The notes beneath the pieces were generated by a model. The model worked only from the letters and a program-made list of their open reading frames with translations, was not told where the DNA came from and made no database searches. A stretch of DNA of 64,000 bases from Paraspadella gotoi (taxonomy: Eukaryota; Animalia; Chaetognatha): assembly GCA_051294375.1 (NCBI GenBank), contig CM119265.1, positions 9,431,126 to 9,495,125 on the forward strand. The letters are read 5' to 3'. Each line of letters opens with the position of its first letter. Positions within the stretch are counted from its first letter, which is position 1. The position numbers and the translations under genes were made by a program. Of the stretch, positions 39,815-59,029 are shown one piece after another.

Positions 39815-42250
39815 ATAATAGGGATATGGAAGGACAAACTTAATACAATATCGAGCTAATCTCAAAGAATAGAGATGCTCCACCTATTGCCGTCGCCCCA
39901 TATCGCACAAGACCAGAAGATGCCGTGAATGTGATTAACAAGCAAGCATTCGAGATGATCGCTGATAGGACTTATTAGTCCATTCAACCAGCCTATATTC
40001 AGCTCTATCTTGCTGGTCAGAATGAATCTTGGTGGTTGGAGATTCCTCACCGATTTTAGATTAGAGTGAACGAAAGAATGCAATTAAGGTTGTCTACCCA
40101 CTACCAGGATCGAAGATTCGATTCGCGCCTCGACAACCCTAAAATCTTCCTTCTCTGGATTTAAGCAAAAAGGTTTTGGCAAATTCCTATCCATCCCGAC
40201 GACCGCAATTTTTTGCTTTCTCAACTGAATCAATGCATTTGGAGTACCAAAGTGCCCCAATGGGTGCCTAAAAATTCCCAAGCTGCCTTAGCTCACTCAT
40301 CATGCAGGCTCGTGCTGCGTGGTTGCCCCCACAAGATATCATCAAGCTACAATGGATGAATATTTTGGTACAGACAACAACGATGGAGGATCATCAAACC
40401 ACCTAGATCAGGTCTGACTGCCTTGGGAAGGTGCTGGGCTTAAGCCTCAACCCTTCAAAGTGCAAGTTTGCGCAGGCGAGTCTGTGGGTATGTCTTGGAC
40501 ATAAACTTTCTCGAGACGGATAGCCCCGGATCCTGCCAATGTGGAAAAAATCCGTTCATGGAAAGCCCCTGAAAACGTCAAAACGCTTAAAACATTCCTT
40601 GGCTTAACGGGATACTACCGGCATTACGTTAAGGATTACAGCAAAATTGCTCAACCACTTTCAGATCTTCACGCATGATGGTGTTGAATGGTTTTGGAAA
40701 GATGCACCATCAAAAAGCATTTGAACAACTCGACAATTGGATCTCAATCAAAATCATGTCTTATGCCTAATTTTGAAAAACCCTTTATTGTTAAGAAGTG
40801 ATGGCCTCCTCCTGCGCTGTTGGCTATGTCTAACCGCAGAAGATAGATGGAAAGAAAAAGGTCATTTCTTATGTTTCAAAGAAATGCAAACTCAAGCAAA
40901 AATGGTCCACTCTATGATCGACGAATTTTTTGCTCTTTTATGTGCGATTCGCGCCATTTCTCATTATTTGAGAACATGCGCAATTTATCGCAATAACGAC
41001 GGCATAGGCTTTACTTTCTTGAAGAAGGTAGATCTAAGTGAAGGACGCTAAATTGGAAGAGGACCAGATGGGCTACTTGAGTTTGATAAAATACGAATTC
41101 GAGCTTTTAACAACAAACAAGGCAAATCACACTCTGATGCAGGATGCGATGAGTAGGGAGGCGAAGAAGATGAAGGACCTGCGAAGCAGACGACTATGCC
41201 CTAGGAAATATGACACGAATGGGGCTCTTTTAGGCCATTGATGCGAATAAGAAATAACAGTCACGCTTATGCTGAAAGCTCTCGCCTAACAGCAAAAGCA
41301 AGAAGGCGATTCTATCAATGATCTGAAGTTATGGAATTCCGTCAGGAGAGAAGAAGACCACCAAAAATCCATTTCCTGAAAATGGTTTTTGAGAAATTTA
41401 ACAGAATTCATCAATGCTCAAGAAAGGTGCTTTGTACCGCAGGCTTTATAAAGGTATCCCATCTCCGTGCTGGCAGGGCCTGTATTACCGAAGAGAATTG
41501 TAGAGTTCTGTCAGGATTCTCCAATAAGGTCTATGATGTCGTGGACATCCAAAGGCAATACCAGGATGCAAGATAATAAACGATATGCAATCTGGCCCAC
41601 TATTAGAGAGAAGAGTATCAGAATTTACCCAGAAATTGTGCAATTTGTGACAAATTACGAGAAAGAAGAAGAAACCAAGGTCAAAACAATGTTTACCAAC
41701 CTATAATTGCCGATAACGTGTTTGACCACGTTCTGCGCGATTTGGGTAGCACTGCCCAGTTGCCACCTGGAAACTTCAAACACGTTTATGGTATTCAAAG
41801 ATACGTGTTTTCTGGATATATCAAATTGTACAAAACTTTAAAACAAAAATTCAATTGGCATTTGCAAAAGCGTTCGAGAATCTAGTCTGCTTCGTTTCGC
41901 AGGCGCCCCTAAACGCTTGACATCAGATAATGGTGGAGAATTGGTTCTGAGGTGATGGACGCTACATGAGGGTCTCGGCACAAAGAATAGATAGTCGCAT
42001 ATCGACCACAATCTCAAGGCAATGTTGAGAGACAAAACGAACTCTCATAAAAGATCTTAAAAATATATTAGATTAGAGTCTTGGACAGATCATTTGCTTA
42101 TGTCGAATGGACCTATAATCTACATCAATTGCGAAAAATGGATATGAACAACCTTTCTTACTCTTCTTTGGAAGACCACCCCTTTGCCACAATTATCTAT
42201 TGGTGGCGAGTTAAGTTAAACATAGATATAAAACGAGTATGTCCAATATG
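39815..42250 (+). pseudogene. Gypsy pol remnant: RT (~39815-40735), RNase H (~40760-41160), integrase (~41470-42250)
   Basis: Frame-hopping motifs: PIAVAPYR, GGWRFLTDFR, YPLP.IED, KGFWQIPIHPDDR, PMG, LNPSKCKF, LGH, APENVKTLKTFLGLTGYYRHYVKDYSKIAQPL, QKAFEQL; integrase GAPKRLTSDNGGE and YRPQSQGNVERQN. Confidence 0.9.
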
Positions 42251-44439
42251 CGAAAGAAGCTAGCAACTAGTTAAGGAAGAAGCATCTTCAAAAGAGAAGA
42301 AAAGAAAGAACAAAAGAAGAAGAGTATCATAATAGAAAAGTAAAGGCTCTCACCTGAAGTTTGGGAGATAGAGTGTATGAACGTAATCCCAAGATGAAAG
42401 GCGTAATAATGCTTGAGCCAAGATGCGCGTGGCCCATTAATCGTCAAAAGAAGATGCACATAATACTAAAGGCAGGCCCAAGGAACCTCCTCATATTTGT
42501 GAGATAACATTGGAAAGAAAGTGCGTAGAAATCCGGGAAACAATTAAAAATTGTTAACGAGGCGGCGAAATATAATGAGTTGATGAAAGTCCACTTTCAA
42601 AGGAAGAACCTAAATTCCAGTCAGTTGGTTTGCTGTTATTATGCATCAACCAAGAGCTCAGAATATCCGCCACACCAAAGCTGAGCATCCTGCTGATAAA
42701 ATCCAATGGCAGAGACTGAGAATGCCTTCCATCAGAAAACCTTGATGATGCTGTTCAAGCTCTTCAAAGCTGCAACAGCGAGGTTCGTGGACTTCTGTCC
42801 GAAGAACCGAACAAGAAATACGAATCCCACATCAGAAGCCATACCTCCAGAGGATTCTGATATTATACTTTTGAAAGTGAGTTATACTACCCCCAAATGA
42901 AGAACGAAGAAAACGCCTGAGCGCGTAGAAAAACCAAAGACGTAAGTTAGCTTCATGCTAAAAAGAACGTTCTACCTCTACGCCTAACACAAGAAATAGA
43001 GCAAGATCAAACTAGAAGTACTACAGAAGCAAGCCAAATTATTCGTAACAGTATGACTAAGATTCGAAAATGCTTCTGAACAATAATTCTCGATTCTCAG
43101 GAAACCAATTAACTATTGATTCTTCTAGAAAATCGAACAGGATCATTTCGAACGAAGTCTTTCCCCCTTTCACCTGAAAACGTATCCTGGTGATGGAGGA
43201 GTTACCACTCAGAAAATCTAATCTAACCGAATACCCATCAAGAATGACTCAAACCACCCCCTCACCCATTAGTACAAAGTATGTTACAAAGGACACCCTA
43301 ATCAGGTAGTTCCGAAAGTAATTTGCAACAAGACACAAGCGAGAGAATCAGATCAAAAACGCTAAGCAAAACTCCTTTGCTAGCAACGTACTCCTAAAAA
43401 CAGAGGAGTATCAGTAATTAGTAAATTAGTTTCCATAGATATGTCCATGAATTCCAGACATAGTTTTTTAGAATGGAATGAAACTAGATAATGAATTTAG
43501 CAATCAAACCCACGAAATAAAGTGCTATGATTTTTAAACAACAAAACTCTTCAATATTGGATCCATCACACAACATAAGCTCAAAAAACCAAAGCCTAAT
43601 TTGCCGAATCAATGAAACAACTACAACATTGGCCAATGTGAGCTAAATAAAACAAGAAATTTATTTTTGTAATGCATGTTTGGAATGGATAGATCTTCCC
43701 TTTTGCTGAAGTCGAAATATTCATAGAATAATTAATGTGATTCAAAATTAACAAAGTCCTGGCAGGCTCTTTCATTTTCTTATATTTCAATTTGTTTTGT
43801 TTTGGCTATAAACCAGTGCTTTATAGCTTGTTAGGTTTGCTGTTAGTGGAATTTTAATTAAGGAGATTTGAGCTGTTCAATTTTAATTACCTTGATTTCA
43901 AAATATCTTTCTTAGATAGCAGTCAAAATAAGTCTTTTCTCATCATGGGCAAAAGAAAACTATAACTCAGTGTTTTATGCCTGGGCTGAAGAAGCGCCAA
44001 AAGAGGACAAACCTGCCAAGGTTTTCTCCATCTCTCCCACCCTCAGACGGCCTGCGGAAATTCGATCAGCCTGTGCAAAGCCTCTCGAGAATCTCCTCTT
44101 GCACGCCCGCCATGCTTTCGTTACTTCAGCACCAACCGTTGTGCGCGGACAATCGAGGTCAGAGAAATAAAGTTGCCAGACTGACATAAAAACCTCCAAG
44201 GAAGCTGCTCGTCAACGATCAACGACATCTCCTCAATTTCAAAAGCAAAGTTCCTGCAACAATCACGACGCGATAAAATCGCGGCTATCCAAGGAAATAT
44301 GAATTTAACGGAAATGTGTAAAACTGCCTTAAACTCGAAAACTATATCGTTCGACAAAATTATTCATGTCCGTAGCCATTCCGACGCATAGGGAGGCACG
44401 GCGCGTACTAACGATACGCTCCTTGCCTAATCCCAAACT

Positions 44440-44960
44440 CGTCATATTCTTATGGGATTCGACATAGAGGGAAGTGTCGCGACGGTTCAAATTGTCTGCA
44501 GAAGCTGGAAAGGAAGAAGTCAACGTAGTGTACCAGCTAAAATCCTCGGTTGTCTGAACATTGCCTGCGCCAAGGCATACCCACAAAGCTTACGAAGAAT
44601 GCTTCAACACGAAAGAGTAATTTTCACTGGCAAGAATGTGAAAAGAAGATTTGAATAGAGTTATGTGGTACACCTCTCATCAATGGCAGACCAATTAAAT
44701 ACTTGGAAGTGACTGGATCTGTATGGTTTGTGGGCCAAAGTCTTGCCGAAGCCCTCGTCATTTGTACCATTTTTGTCACATTCCAGGACAATGGTAAGAG
44801 AGTTTCAGGTCTCCTTGCGTATTTCTTTAATTTCGCCTCCAAAATCGTTTCTTGATAAAAAGAAGTTTTCAATCGGGACCATACCTCAGATTTCGCGGAA
44901 GAGCGAGCTCCACTTTCGCCGCAAACAGCTTCGCATATGCTGCAATTAGATGCTCGCGCA
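44440..44960 (+). pseudogene. DEDDy 3'-5' exonuclease (RNase D/WRN/EXD2-like) ORF remnant within the retroelement
   Basis: ExoI MGFDIEGSVATVQI (44452-); ..VYQL..; PQSLRRMLQHERVIFTGKNVK.D (ExoII); ExoIII PLSP.QL.YAA(L)DA at ~44910-44953; frameshifted. Confidence 0.72.
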
Positions 44961-47498
44961 TCCAAGGGATGCCCCGTCCAGCGCTTATTGGACTGCCTCG
45001 GACTCAAAACCAGATGCCCTTTCGCGATCGATTGGCGATGTGGCTCTTCCCAATCATTGGCATGCTCGACGTTGTGAAAGCTTATGTGAAGACAAACCGC
45101 GCAACTTGTTCGAAAAGCACGGCGTTGCGCGCTTCAAAAGAGTGCGAATCGTTTCTTGCAAATGCGCGTGACCACTGCTGAGAAGGGAGGAGTATGGTCG
45201 TCGATAATGGAAGCAAATCGGCAGTGATAAAATTGGAAAGAAATTCCGAACAGGAAAGAGAATCTGAGATCGTGTACGTCGAGGATGACCCTACGACGGT
45301 TTTAGGTCAATATACTTGCCCTTTCTTCGCCCGTGATGTTTTGCAAGTCACGAACTCGAGCAATTCCTGACATGACGCTCCCCAGCCAAGGTTAAAAAAG
45401 TCCGCTGGTCCCTTCGCGATTCGTTCTTCGTCTTCCGCCCACGGAGGTTTTGGCGAGATTCCTGCTCCTACCTCAACATCTGTGCCAGCTAAAACGTCGA
45501 AAAATAAGTCTAGAGTTGTAAAAACTGGATCAAACCGTACGTAAGTCCTCGTCCCGCGCTACGCGTGAGCAAGGTCTTCAACATCCGGACCGCCGATTTT
45601 GCAGCGCGCAAGTTCTTAGTCAACTGCAATCTCGCCGACTTTCGTCAGGTAATTTGAACAAAAACAAGCGGCCCACTGCTTCCCCGAAGGATTAAAGCAT
45701 GGATTCGGATTCTCTCTCTCATATGCCTATGAAAACAAAACAACGGCGAAAAAGCTACGCCTTGCTCGCATCATGATGAGTTCTTCTCAGCCGGACGAAC
45801 TCAACCGATTTATCGGGGCTATACTCGACGCCAGATCTTCGGTGCGAGTCACCCTCCAATTCTCTCGTCCAGATGAAGTATATTCTCTTTGCTCTGCGAT
45901 GGTACTTCTGGATTACTTCCTCAATGGGCGATGGACGCACGAAATGCTGAAAGCTGCTGCGCTACAGTTCGACCAGGAACAGAGAATTTCTTTCAGTTAT
46001 TTTTGGTTTTTGTTCCGCTCTCATTACAAGCGAAAAATCCAAAATCATACTGAAATTACCGGTCAAACAGGTTTTTCTATCCGAAGTTGAAAGACATTAG
46101 CGACTTTGAAGACAATTCTGCTAATCTACAGAGTGGGCCGTTTTAATTCGAACTTGTTCTGAAGCGCTACTGCCTTAGTCTCGCCATTTACCACACTTAT
46201 TTGCAAGTACGTACCGACATTCTCATGGAAGTCGTTCCTTGCGTGGAAGATTTGAAGAGAACGATATGTACTTCCTCGTGGCAAAGCCATCGCGATTGGT
46301 GAAAATCAAAATCTGTTCGAAGCTTGCGTGTCGCGCGTGGCTGAGTTACACTCAGCGCTCGTTTCTTCTATTTACAGATTGCGACGGTTCTCCCCGTGAA
46401 ACTTTCCTCCAGCAAAATTTCGACGCGTTTTCCCCATCATGGTGCCCAGCCCCTTCAATAAAGATCTTCATGATCTTGCCTATCAGGCTGCGAGGGAAGA
46501 GGAACGGACGGTTTGCTTCGTTGTGGAAACGGACGAAACTAAACACGCTTTCAGAAAGGCCCGCTGTCTAGATCAAAAGATTTCCAATTATCTATCATCG
46601 TCCTTTGCTGGATTAGAGAAGAACAGATGTGGATTTACTTTATCAATCCTTTGCGACGCAATCTTTCATTTTGGCCCCAGGTCAAAAATCGCGACATCTG
46701 CAAAGGAAGATTAAGACGCTAAGACGCTATCCGATTGTCGCTCCCTTACCTTCTAAGAGAGTTCCCGCTCTCGATTTCTTCAGACGGTGCCAGAATTCTC
46801 TGGTCCCTACCACTGGGTTAGATGCGGAGACATTTGCACTGACTGGATGGGAGGCAACATGGAAACAATCTCAGAAAGATCACCGGAGGTTCCTTTTGTC
46901 CGCGTGGTTTAAATTTCCATGGAAACGCGCGCCTCATCAAATCGCCCTCTTACCATCGCATACGAATCACTACACTGCTTGTCCAGAGATTTTGCGTCGC
47001 GTTATCGTCATAGGAATCCCTATTGGTCGGGTCGAACCAATTTTAGAAAAAGGGGTTAAGGAAATGTTGGAGACAAATTTGTGTGGACGAGATGATGGAA
47101 TCGACGATGGAATCGAGATGGAACCGATCCATCTACGAACATTATCAAACTGTGTTTTAAAATAAAAACAGTTGTTTTTTAGTCGTGTTGATTAATTTAT
47201 CATTTATTGATCTGTTTTACTTTACAGTGAAATGAGTACCGTGTTGTTATCGATAAATGATAAGTGTCAGAATACGTAGAATACAACGGTTCTAGGCAAG
47301 CGTCTTCCTCATGGCATTGTGTGCTCTGTCGTTCTCTCAGATCCATACATTATAAGACTGTTGGCTTCTGTCGACCCGCGCCGCCGCGAGACAGACCCAG
47401 TTTGGAGGACGTCCGTTGGAGACCGATGCAACCCCGCTCCTGAAGATGTGAGCCACCTTCGCCCACTGGCGATTCCTCCATAAAATCCGCCTCCAACC

Positions 47499-50400
47499 GA
47501 AAATAAAATAAAAAACAAAAACAAGCGCCCGGATCAACGAAGACAATAAATAACTAAAAAGATGGAAAAATGAGAAATAAAAGAGAATCGAATTCGATTC
47601 TTCCTTTTATTTCTTCGTCAAAAGGAATGGAATCGACTCTCTCCTCCTTCTTCTCTCCCTTCACTCCTCTCTCTCCCTTCGCGTCTCCCTCTCTATCTCC
47701 CGACGCCGACTCCGTCTCAAAACTTTGTCGTGGCGTGTCCTCCGCAATGCCGCCATCTTGTTTTTCGTCTGGATCGCGGGGCGTCTTCGTTTTTCTTTCG
47801 TCGTCGTTGTTGTCGTCTTCTTCTGCTTCGTCGTGAGAGAAGAAAAGCAGAAGAGAAAGACGAGGATATTTTCGCAGTTGCAGAGGTGACCTGTTTAGTT
47901 TTTATAACAATTTAATTATATACCATGTATATTTAAATATAATAATAAATAAACTACTATTCTTTGTCGGTCCTCAGACTTAAAAAAAACTAAATGACTG
48001 CTAATGATATTTAAACGAAGTCACTCTCGTTAAAAAAGTCATGATGACCTCTTACATTGATCATTAATCATTGATCAATGTTCATTATAATTAAATTACA
48101 ACTTTCCTTCGTACTTAACGTCAACTCGATCATCCTCAAACATCTCTCTCCAACTCCCCGTCGTTATCCGCAGTAAGACGCTGGCCGTGGGCGAGGAGCG
48201 CGCCCTCAACTCTTTCCTCGAAGCCACGCCCTTTTGGCTCAGCTTCGGGGAGACGGCGAAGGCCGAATGGCTCAACAAGTGCGTCAAGCAGCTTTGGCCT
48301 TTTCTCGACGACTGCATCCACAAGATTGTGCAGGTGTGGTTTCGAGTGAAGTGTAGTGATCCTTGAGGATTTCAATTCCTCGCTTGCCTCTCCAAAGGAT
48401 CACGTGGAACCTATCGTCAAGTCGGTTGTCGTCGACGTCGGATTCCAAGATCTCAGCTTCGACAAAGTGAATTTGGGCAACGCTGCACCGAGGATCGCAG
48501 GAATCAAAGTCTTGGATTCGTATCTGCAGGTGAAGGGTGGCGGCGCTGAAGGTGCAGGGGGTGGCGTTGCAGGTACAGGGAGGGCTGAAGATGGAGAGAG
48601 TGGAGATAGCGTATGATTGGGGGAAAAAAAAGTTCACGGTTTTCGTATTTAGGAAAAGAAAAGGGGTGGTGACAGCAGCGATTCACTCTGAGTCGTGAAT
48701 GTAGCACAACCTTCTTCTACCAACTTAAAAGCTTTGCGTTCGGACCCTGTTAAGTCACAGACGGCCAGTAGTAGGGCCAGTTGGATCATAAGATCTGAGG
48801 TTCTGGGACTTCGGTTTAAGGGATGTTAGACTGTTCACTGTTCATTGATCATGTCATCTTCCACCTCCTCCTCCTCCTCCTTCAAGGCCCACGAGGTGTT
48901 GGCCTTCGACGTGGAGATCGTCTACGACGGCGACGCGAGGATCGAAGCTCGAACGACTCGCAGCCGCATCCCCTTCAAGTTGGGACTTAAGGACTTCAAG
49001 CTGCACGGCACGCTGCGCTGCGAAATTCCGCAGCCCGCCTCCGGTGCAGCAGCAGCTTCGGCAACCTCAACAGCAGCAGCAGCAGCAGCGTCGCGTTATC
49101 GACGGCCTCACCGTGTCTTTTCTCTACAACCCGGTCGTCGAGTTCGAACTCACCCACGCGTCTGAGTTTTTGGAGCTGCCGATGCTTAAGAGCAGACTGA
49201 GGGAAGCGCGCGGTTCGAACGGAGATTACAATGATGATTGAAATAATAAGATGAACATTTATGATTATAAACTATTTAAAAAAAGCACTAATCACTAAAA
49301 CATTTAGTAAAATGAACACTAAAAAATATTTTCTTGACCCGTTCGTTCCGCGCGTTTACAAAATTGCCGATCACCCAAACAATCCGTTTCGATCACATAT
49401 TTGCCGCTGCGGCCTTTAAAAACCCTAAACCGTGAAATCCTCAACAAAAAACCAACTAACTAACTAACAAATAAACAAACAAACAAACACAAACAAACAA
49501 ACAAACAAACACAAAAACAAACAAACCAAACTCACAAACAAACAAACTCACAACAAACAAACAAACAAACTACAAACAAACAAACAAACTCACAAACAAA
49601 CTCACAAACAACGAAACTATCCTCCGCCTCAAAAAGGTCCCACATTTCCGACCTGGTCGCCGGCTTCATGGTTCTTCCCAATCGCGTGGCCATTCCCTTC
49701 CACGCCGGCCGCCGACGCCACTCTTCTCCGTCACCCGGCGCCCGTCGGCGTCGTCCGCGTCGTCATGGCGCAGATCGGCGTCGCGGGGTGGCGAGATTCG
49801 CGCGCCGCAAATCGTTGATGGTGACGACGAAGGTCGGCGCTCAATCGGCGTCGGTCAAAATCGGCGACAACAACGACGCCGAGATTTGGAGCGAAGTTCA
49901 AGAGTTCGTCATCGACGAAGCTGGAGGACAATTGCTGGAGATCGCCGTCAGCGCGAAGGTTGTTGATGTTGTTATTGGTGATGTTGATCGACGTCGATGT
50001 CGTTTAGAATTGATTGCTGTCCTTATAATTCGTGCCCTGTTGCACAATTACACATGGTAAATCCCCATTGGCGTCCTCCGTTCCCAGGACGCAACGCTGA
50101 TACCAAACTCGCTCTACGACCTCGAGTTGGAATCCCTGAAGAGGCGCTCGGCCTTGGAGGACTTCGTCGCCGTCGCCGGCGGATGCCTCCACCTACGGCT
50201 CACCTGGTTCCACCTTGTGGTCGACGCCAAGCCGAGCCGACGCCAACGTCTCCCGCGGCTCGATCGCTTCGTCGACGAGAACAACCGTCCCGAGATCAGT
50301 GGTGATGAGGATCTGTAAGAGCGTCTCTGTGGAGGAGAGATGTTCCGAGGGTGAGAGGAGGCCGCTTTTGAGAAAGGGTCATGAGAGCAAATTTAGAAAA

Positions 50401-51861
50401 TTTGACCAATTTTGACCAGTGTTCTCGATTTTTGAACAATTATTGACCAGTTTTAACCGCAGTGCTAGTGCGAAAGATTTTGACCTGTGTTTGACCAAAT
50501 ATTTTTGGGTCAATGAAAATATTGACCAAGGCACAATGTCGTTCAATGTCCATGTTTGTCGATGTTTTGACTAATTTTAATAAATTAAACCAGAGCCTTG
50601 TAGTCTGGCCCATTTTAAACTATTTCGACCATCGACGACACCATTGTACCAAGTTTAACCAAGTTTAACCAGTTAACCAGTTTAACCAAGTTTAACAAGT
50701 TAACCACAGTTTGCCGTGATTTGGTCAATTTGAGCCAGTAAATGGGGTAAGATATTCTAAAAATAAACTGCAAAACCTTCGAACCTTCGAATCCTCAGGT
50801 TTCCTCCTCATTCATCTCTACTCTGCCGAATTAGACGAACGCTCTTCCTCCTCCTCCTCCTCTTCTCCTCAAGAATCCCCCGTTCCTCCTCCTCATCCTC
50901 CTCCAAACCCCGTCCCCTCGCGTCGTCCTCCGTCTCCCGAGGGACGCGAAGTCGTCGGCGTCAAATCTTCCAGCGTCAAACCGGATACGCGACTTCCGGT
51001 TTTGGAGGAGGCGTTCTCTTTCCTCGTCGCGGCGTCGACGACGTCTTCGTCGAGGTCGTCGTCGTCGACGGCGCACGGACGGCGACGCGCCGTGCGACGC
51101 CGGCGGCGCCGTAGTTTATCACCTTCGCAACTGATGGCGAAAGAGGCGCTCGTCGATTTCGGCGACTTTGAATGAGGGAGAATTGGCGGGAAAAATCAAG
51201 ATGAGATTTCAATTTCGTTTTTTGCTTCAGATGCATTGTTCTGATTGACTTTTTATGAGGTAGACGATGCGCTTTTGTTTCATGAGATATTATAAGTTAT
51301 TAAAAAAAAAAACACTCGTTTGGATTATTTTGCTTGAATTAATGATTTTAATAAATAGCTAAATTATTAAAGAATGAGATAGTACCAGATAAAATGATCT
51401 CTAATCTACAATTTGTACATACTACGCCCCGTGAAACTTTTCTTTTTCGAATTTTCGACTTTTGGTTTTTTCACAATTTCTTCCGTATTTTGTGTTTATA
51501 TCACGAATTCTTTTTCACGTTTGTCGGCGTCATTTTCAAAATTTACTCGACGCCTTAGTTCATCACTTTGGTTTTTAATTATCCAAATATGATTAGATTT
51601 ACATTAGAATTAATCAAACATGATTCTCGCTTTTCCGCTTTTTCCTCTCACATTCCTGCCTGCGATTTTAAATTAATCCCGGAATGCGTTGCGCCCTCTT
51701 AATCTTCCGCCAAATTAAATCTGGTAAAAAAAAAACAAAAGGCTATGCCAAGGGTCCGCCGGCGCCAAGGCTGAGCCCGGCGCCCGCAAGCGAGGGCGCC
51801 GTGACGCCCCTATCGTCTCAGGTAGGATTTAGAATTTTCTGACGTCATCGCGTCGATTCGC

Positions 51862-51944
<83 letters not shown>

Positions 51945-52306
51945 GTTACGGACTTCGTGGTGACGGTTGCACTAAATTGCTGATGCACAGGACACTATAT
52001 TTTGGGCGGTGGATTTGTTACCCTCAGATCCGCTCAAAATTTCGTTGAATTATTTGTTTAATTTTCTCGAAATTTGTTTACATTCGGCCGCGGTTTGTTT
52101 CACTTTTAACACCTCATATAATAATGTCACGGTTTCTTGTATTTTACTATATTATATTGTCTGTAACAAATCACCAGTTAAAATTACTGGTCATAAAAGT
52201 TGATGTTCAGCTCGTCGCTGAGCGTCAACGACCAGTGGAGAATTTTTAATATCGCTACGGGTTCGTGTTTACGATTAATATTTAAAATTTAAACGGATAT
52301 GAAAAA

Positions 52307-52330
<24 letters not shown>
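47499..52330. repeat. ~4.8-kb direct repeat, copy 2
   Basis: Near-identical to 34303-39118, differing mainly by single-base indels. Confidence 0.95.
47627..51175 (+). pseudogene. Extended-synaptotagmin-like gene, copy 2 (multiple frameshifts: pseudogene or sequencing error)
   Basis: Same exon structure as copy 1, with 1-2 nt indels in several exons. Confidence 0.75.
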
Positions 52331-52389
<59 letters not shown>

Positions 52390-53239
52390 TCTCTCTCTTC
52401 TCTCTCACTATTCAACACTCCCACTCCCCCAAAAAAACCCACCCAAAAAGGTTAAAAACACTTAGAGATTAAAAGAGTCATCACNNNNNNNNNNNNNNNN
52501 NNNNNNNNNTCATCAGATCTGTTGCCCTGAAATTTATTGCGCCCCTAAACTCCCTTTAAGTGCATAACTGTTTCGCAGTTTACGTCTCTATCGCAAAATC
52601 ATTTTCCGTTTGTTCACAAAAGATTAAAAGATTCCGATTAATTCGTTTAACGAGATCGTGATATCGGTTAAATCTCGTTTTATCCGACTTTAAATCTCGT
52701 TTTTTTTTATCTTTAAATCAAATGTTGGTTTAATCCGATGTCTGATTCACTTAGTTCCAATTTTTTTTTTTTTAGTATCTCGGAATCAGGAAAAAAAAAT
52801 TTGACAGAAAAAGAAGAACAGATCAGATTAAAAATTTTTAAGGTTGGATAAAGGTTTTTTAAAAGTCAGACACAGTTCAGTAAGATAAAGTTATTTCAAT
52901 TTTGAAAGATTCTCTTTAGTAAAGTGAGATATTTAAAATTGTTTTTACTATGTATACTTTTTTACTTAAAAGCACTTTTTTTAAAAAATATTCTACAATA
53001 TTAACCAGTTCAACACAGTTCATTTCCACCCATTTCACATTTATAAAAAAACTAAAAGAAAGTGTAAAATAAAAAGTGTAACTCGGGATTTTTGTTTGTT
53101 TTTCTTCGACGGAAACTAATTTTCACTTTTGATCTTTTTTTTTCTCTCTCTCTCTCTCTCTCCCACTGTCTTTTCTTTTCTCTCTACACGACCTCCGTTT
53201 CACACATCCCACGGGGTGTCTCTCTCTCTCTCTCTCTCT

Positions 53240-53328
<89 letters not shown>

Positions 53329-53737
53329 TCATGCCTTTCTTAACCTTGTTAATCATTTCTTTTTTTCCCAACTCTAATTTGTCTCTTTCTCTTTAAATTA
53401 AACTTTGACCTATAACCTTTACCCACGTCCCCAACCACCTCTTTCATTAACGACCTCTCCCATTACCAACCCTTCTCTCCATTACTTCCCCCCCATTAAC
53501 GCCCTCCCCCCCCCCACTCGACGCCATTTCCAATTAACTTGAATCGCATGAAAATCTCTCTTCTTTCTATTAAATCTCCTCTGGTTTGTCTCCGTTTCTC
53601 ATCATCGATGCTTTTTTTTTCTCTTTCTTTTCTTTTTTCTTTTTACTTTATTTCTTTCTTTTTTGCCTCCTCTTCCCCATCATCTTCTTCCTCCTCCTTT
53701 TCCGCCTTCCGCCTTCTTTAACTTCCCCCGACCCAAG

Positions 53738-59029
<5,292 letters not shown>

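Larger units (their letters stand above)
39119..47498 (+). mobile_element. Ty3/gypsy LTR-retrotransposon internal region, heavily frameshifted and 5'-truncated; no LTR pair identified
   Basis: RT, RNase H and integrase occur in gypsy order, followed by extra ORF remnants. Composition differs from the flanks and host-type microsatellites are absent. Confidence 0.88.

Noticed and set aside
34303-52330. The 4.8-kb repeats as giant LTRs of the gypsy element
   Set aside because: There are no TG...CA ends, PBS or PPT; the repeats contain an intron-bearing host gene; and the internal region lacks gag and starts mid-polyprotein.
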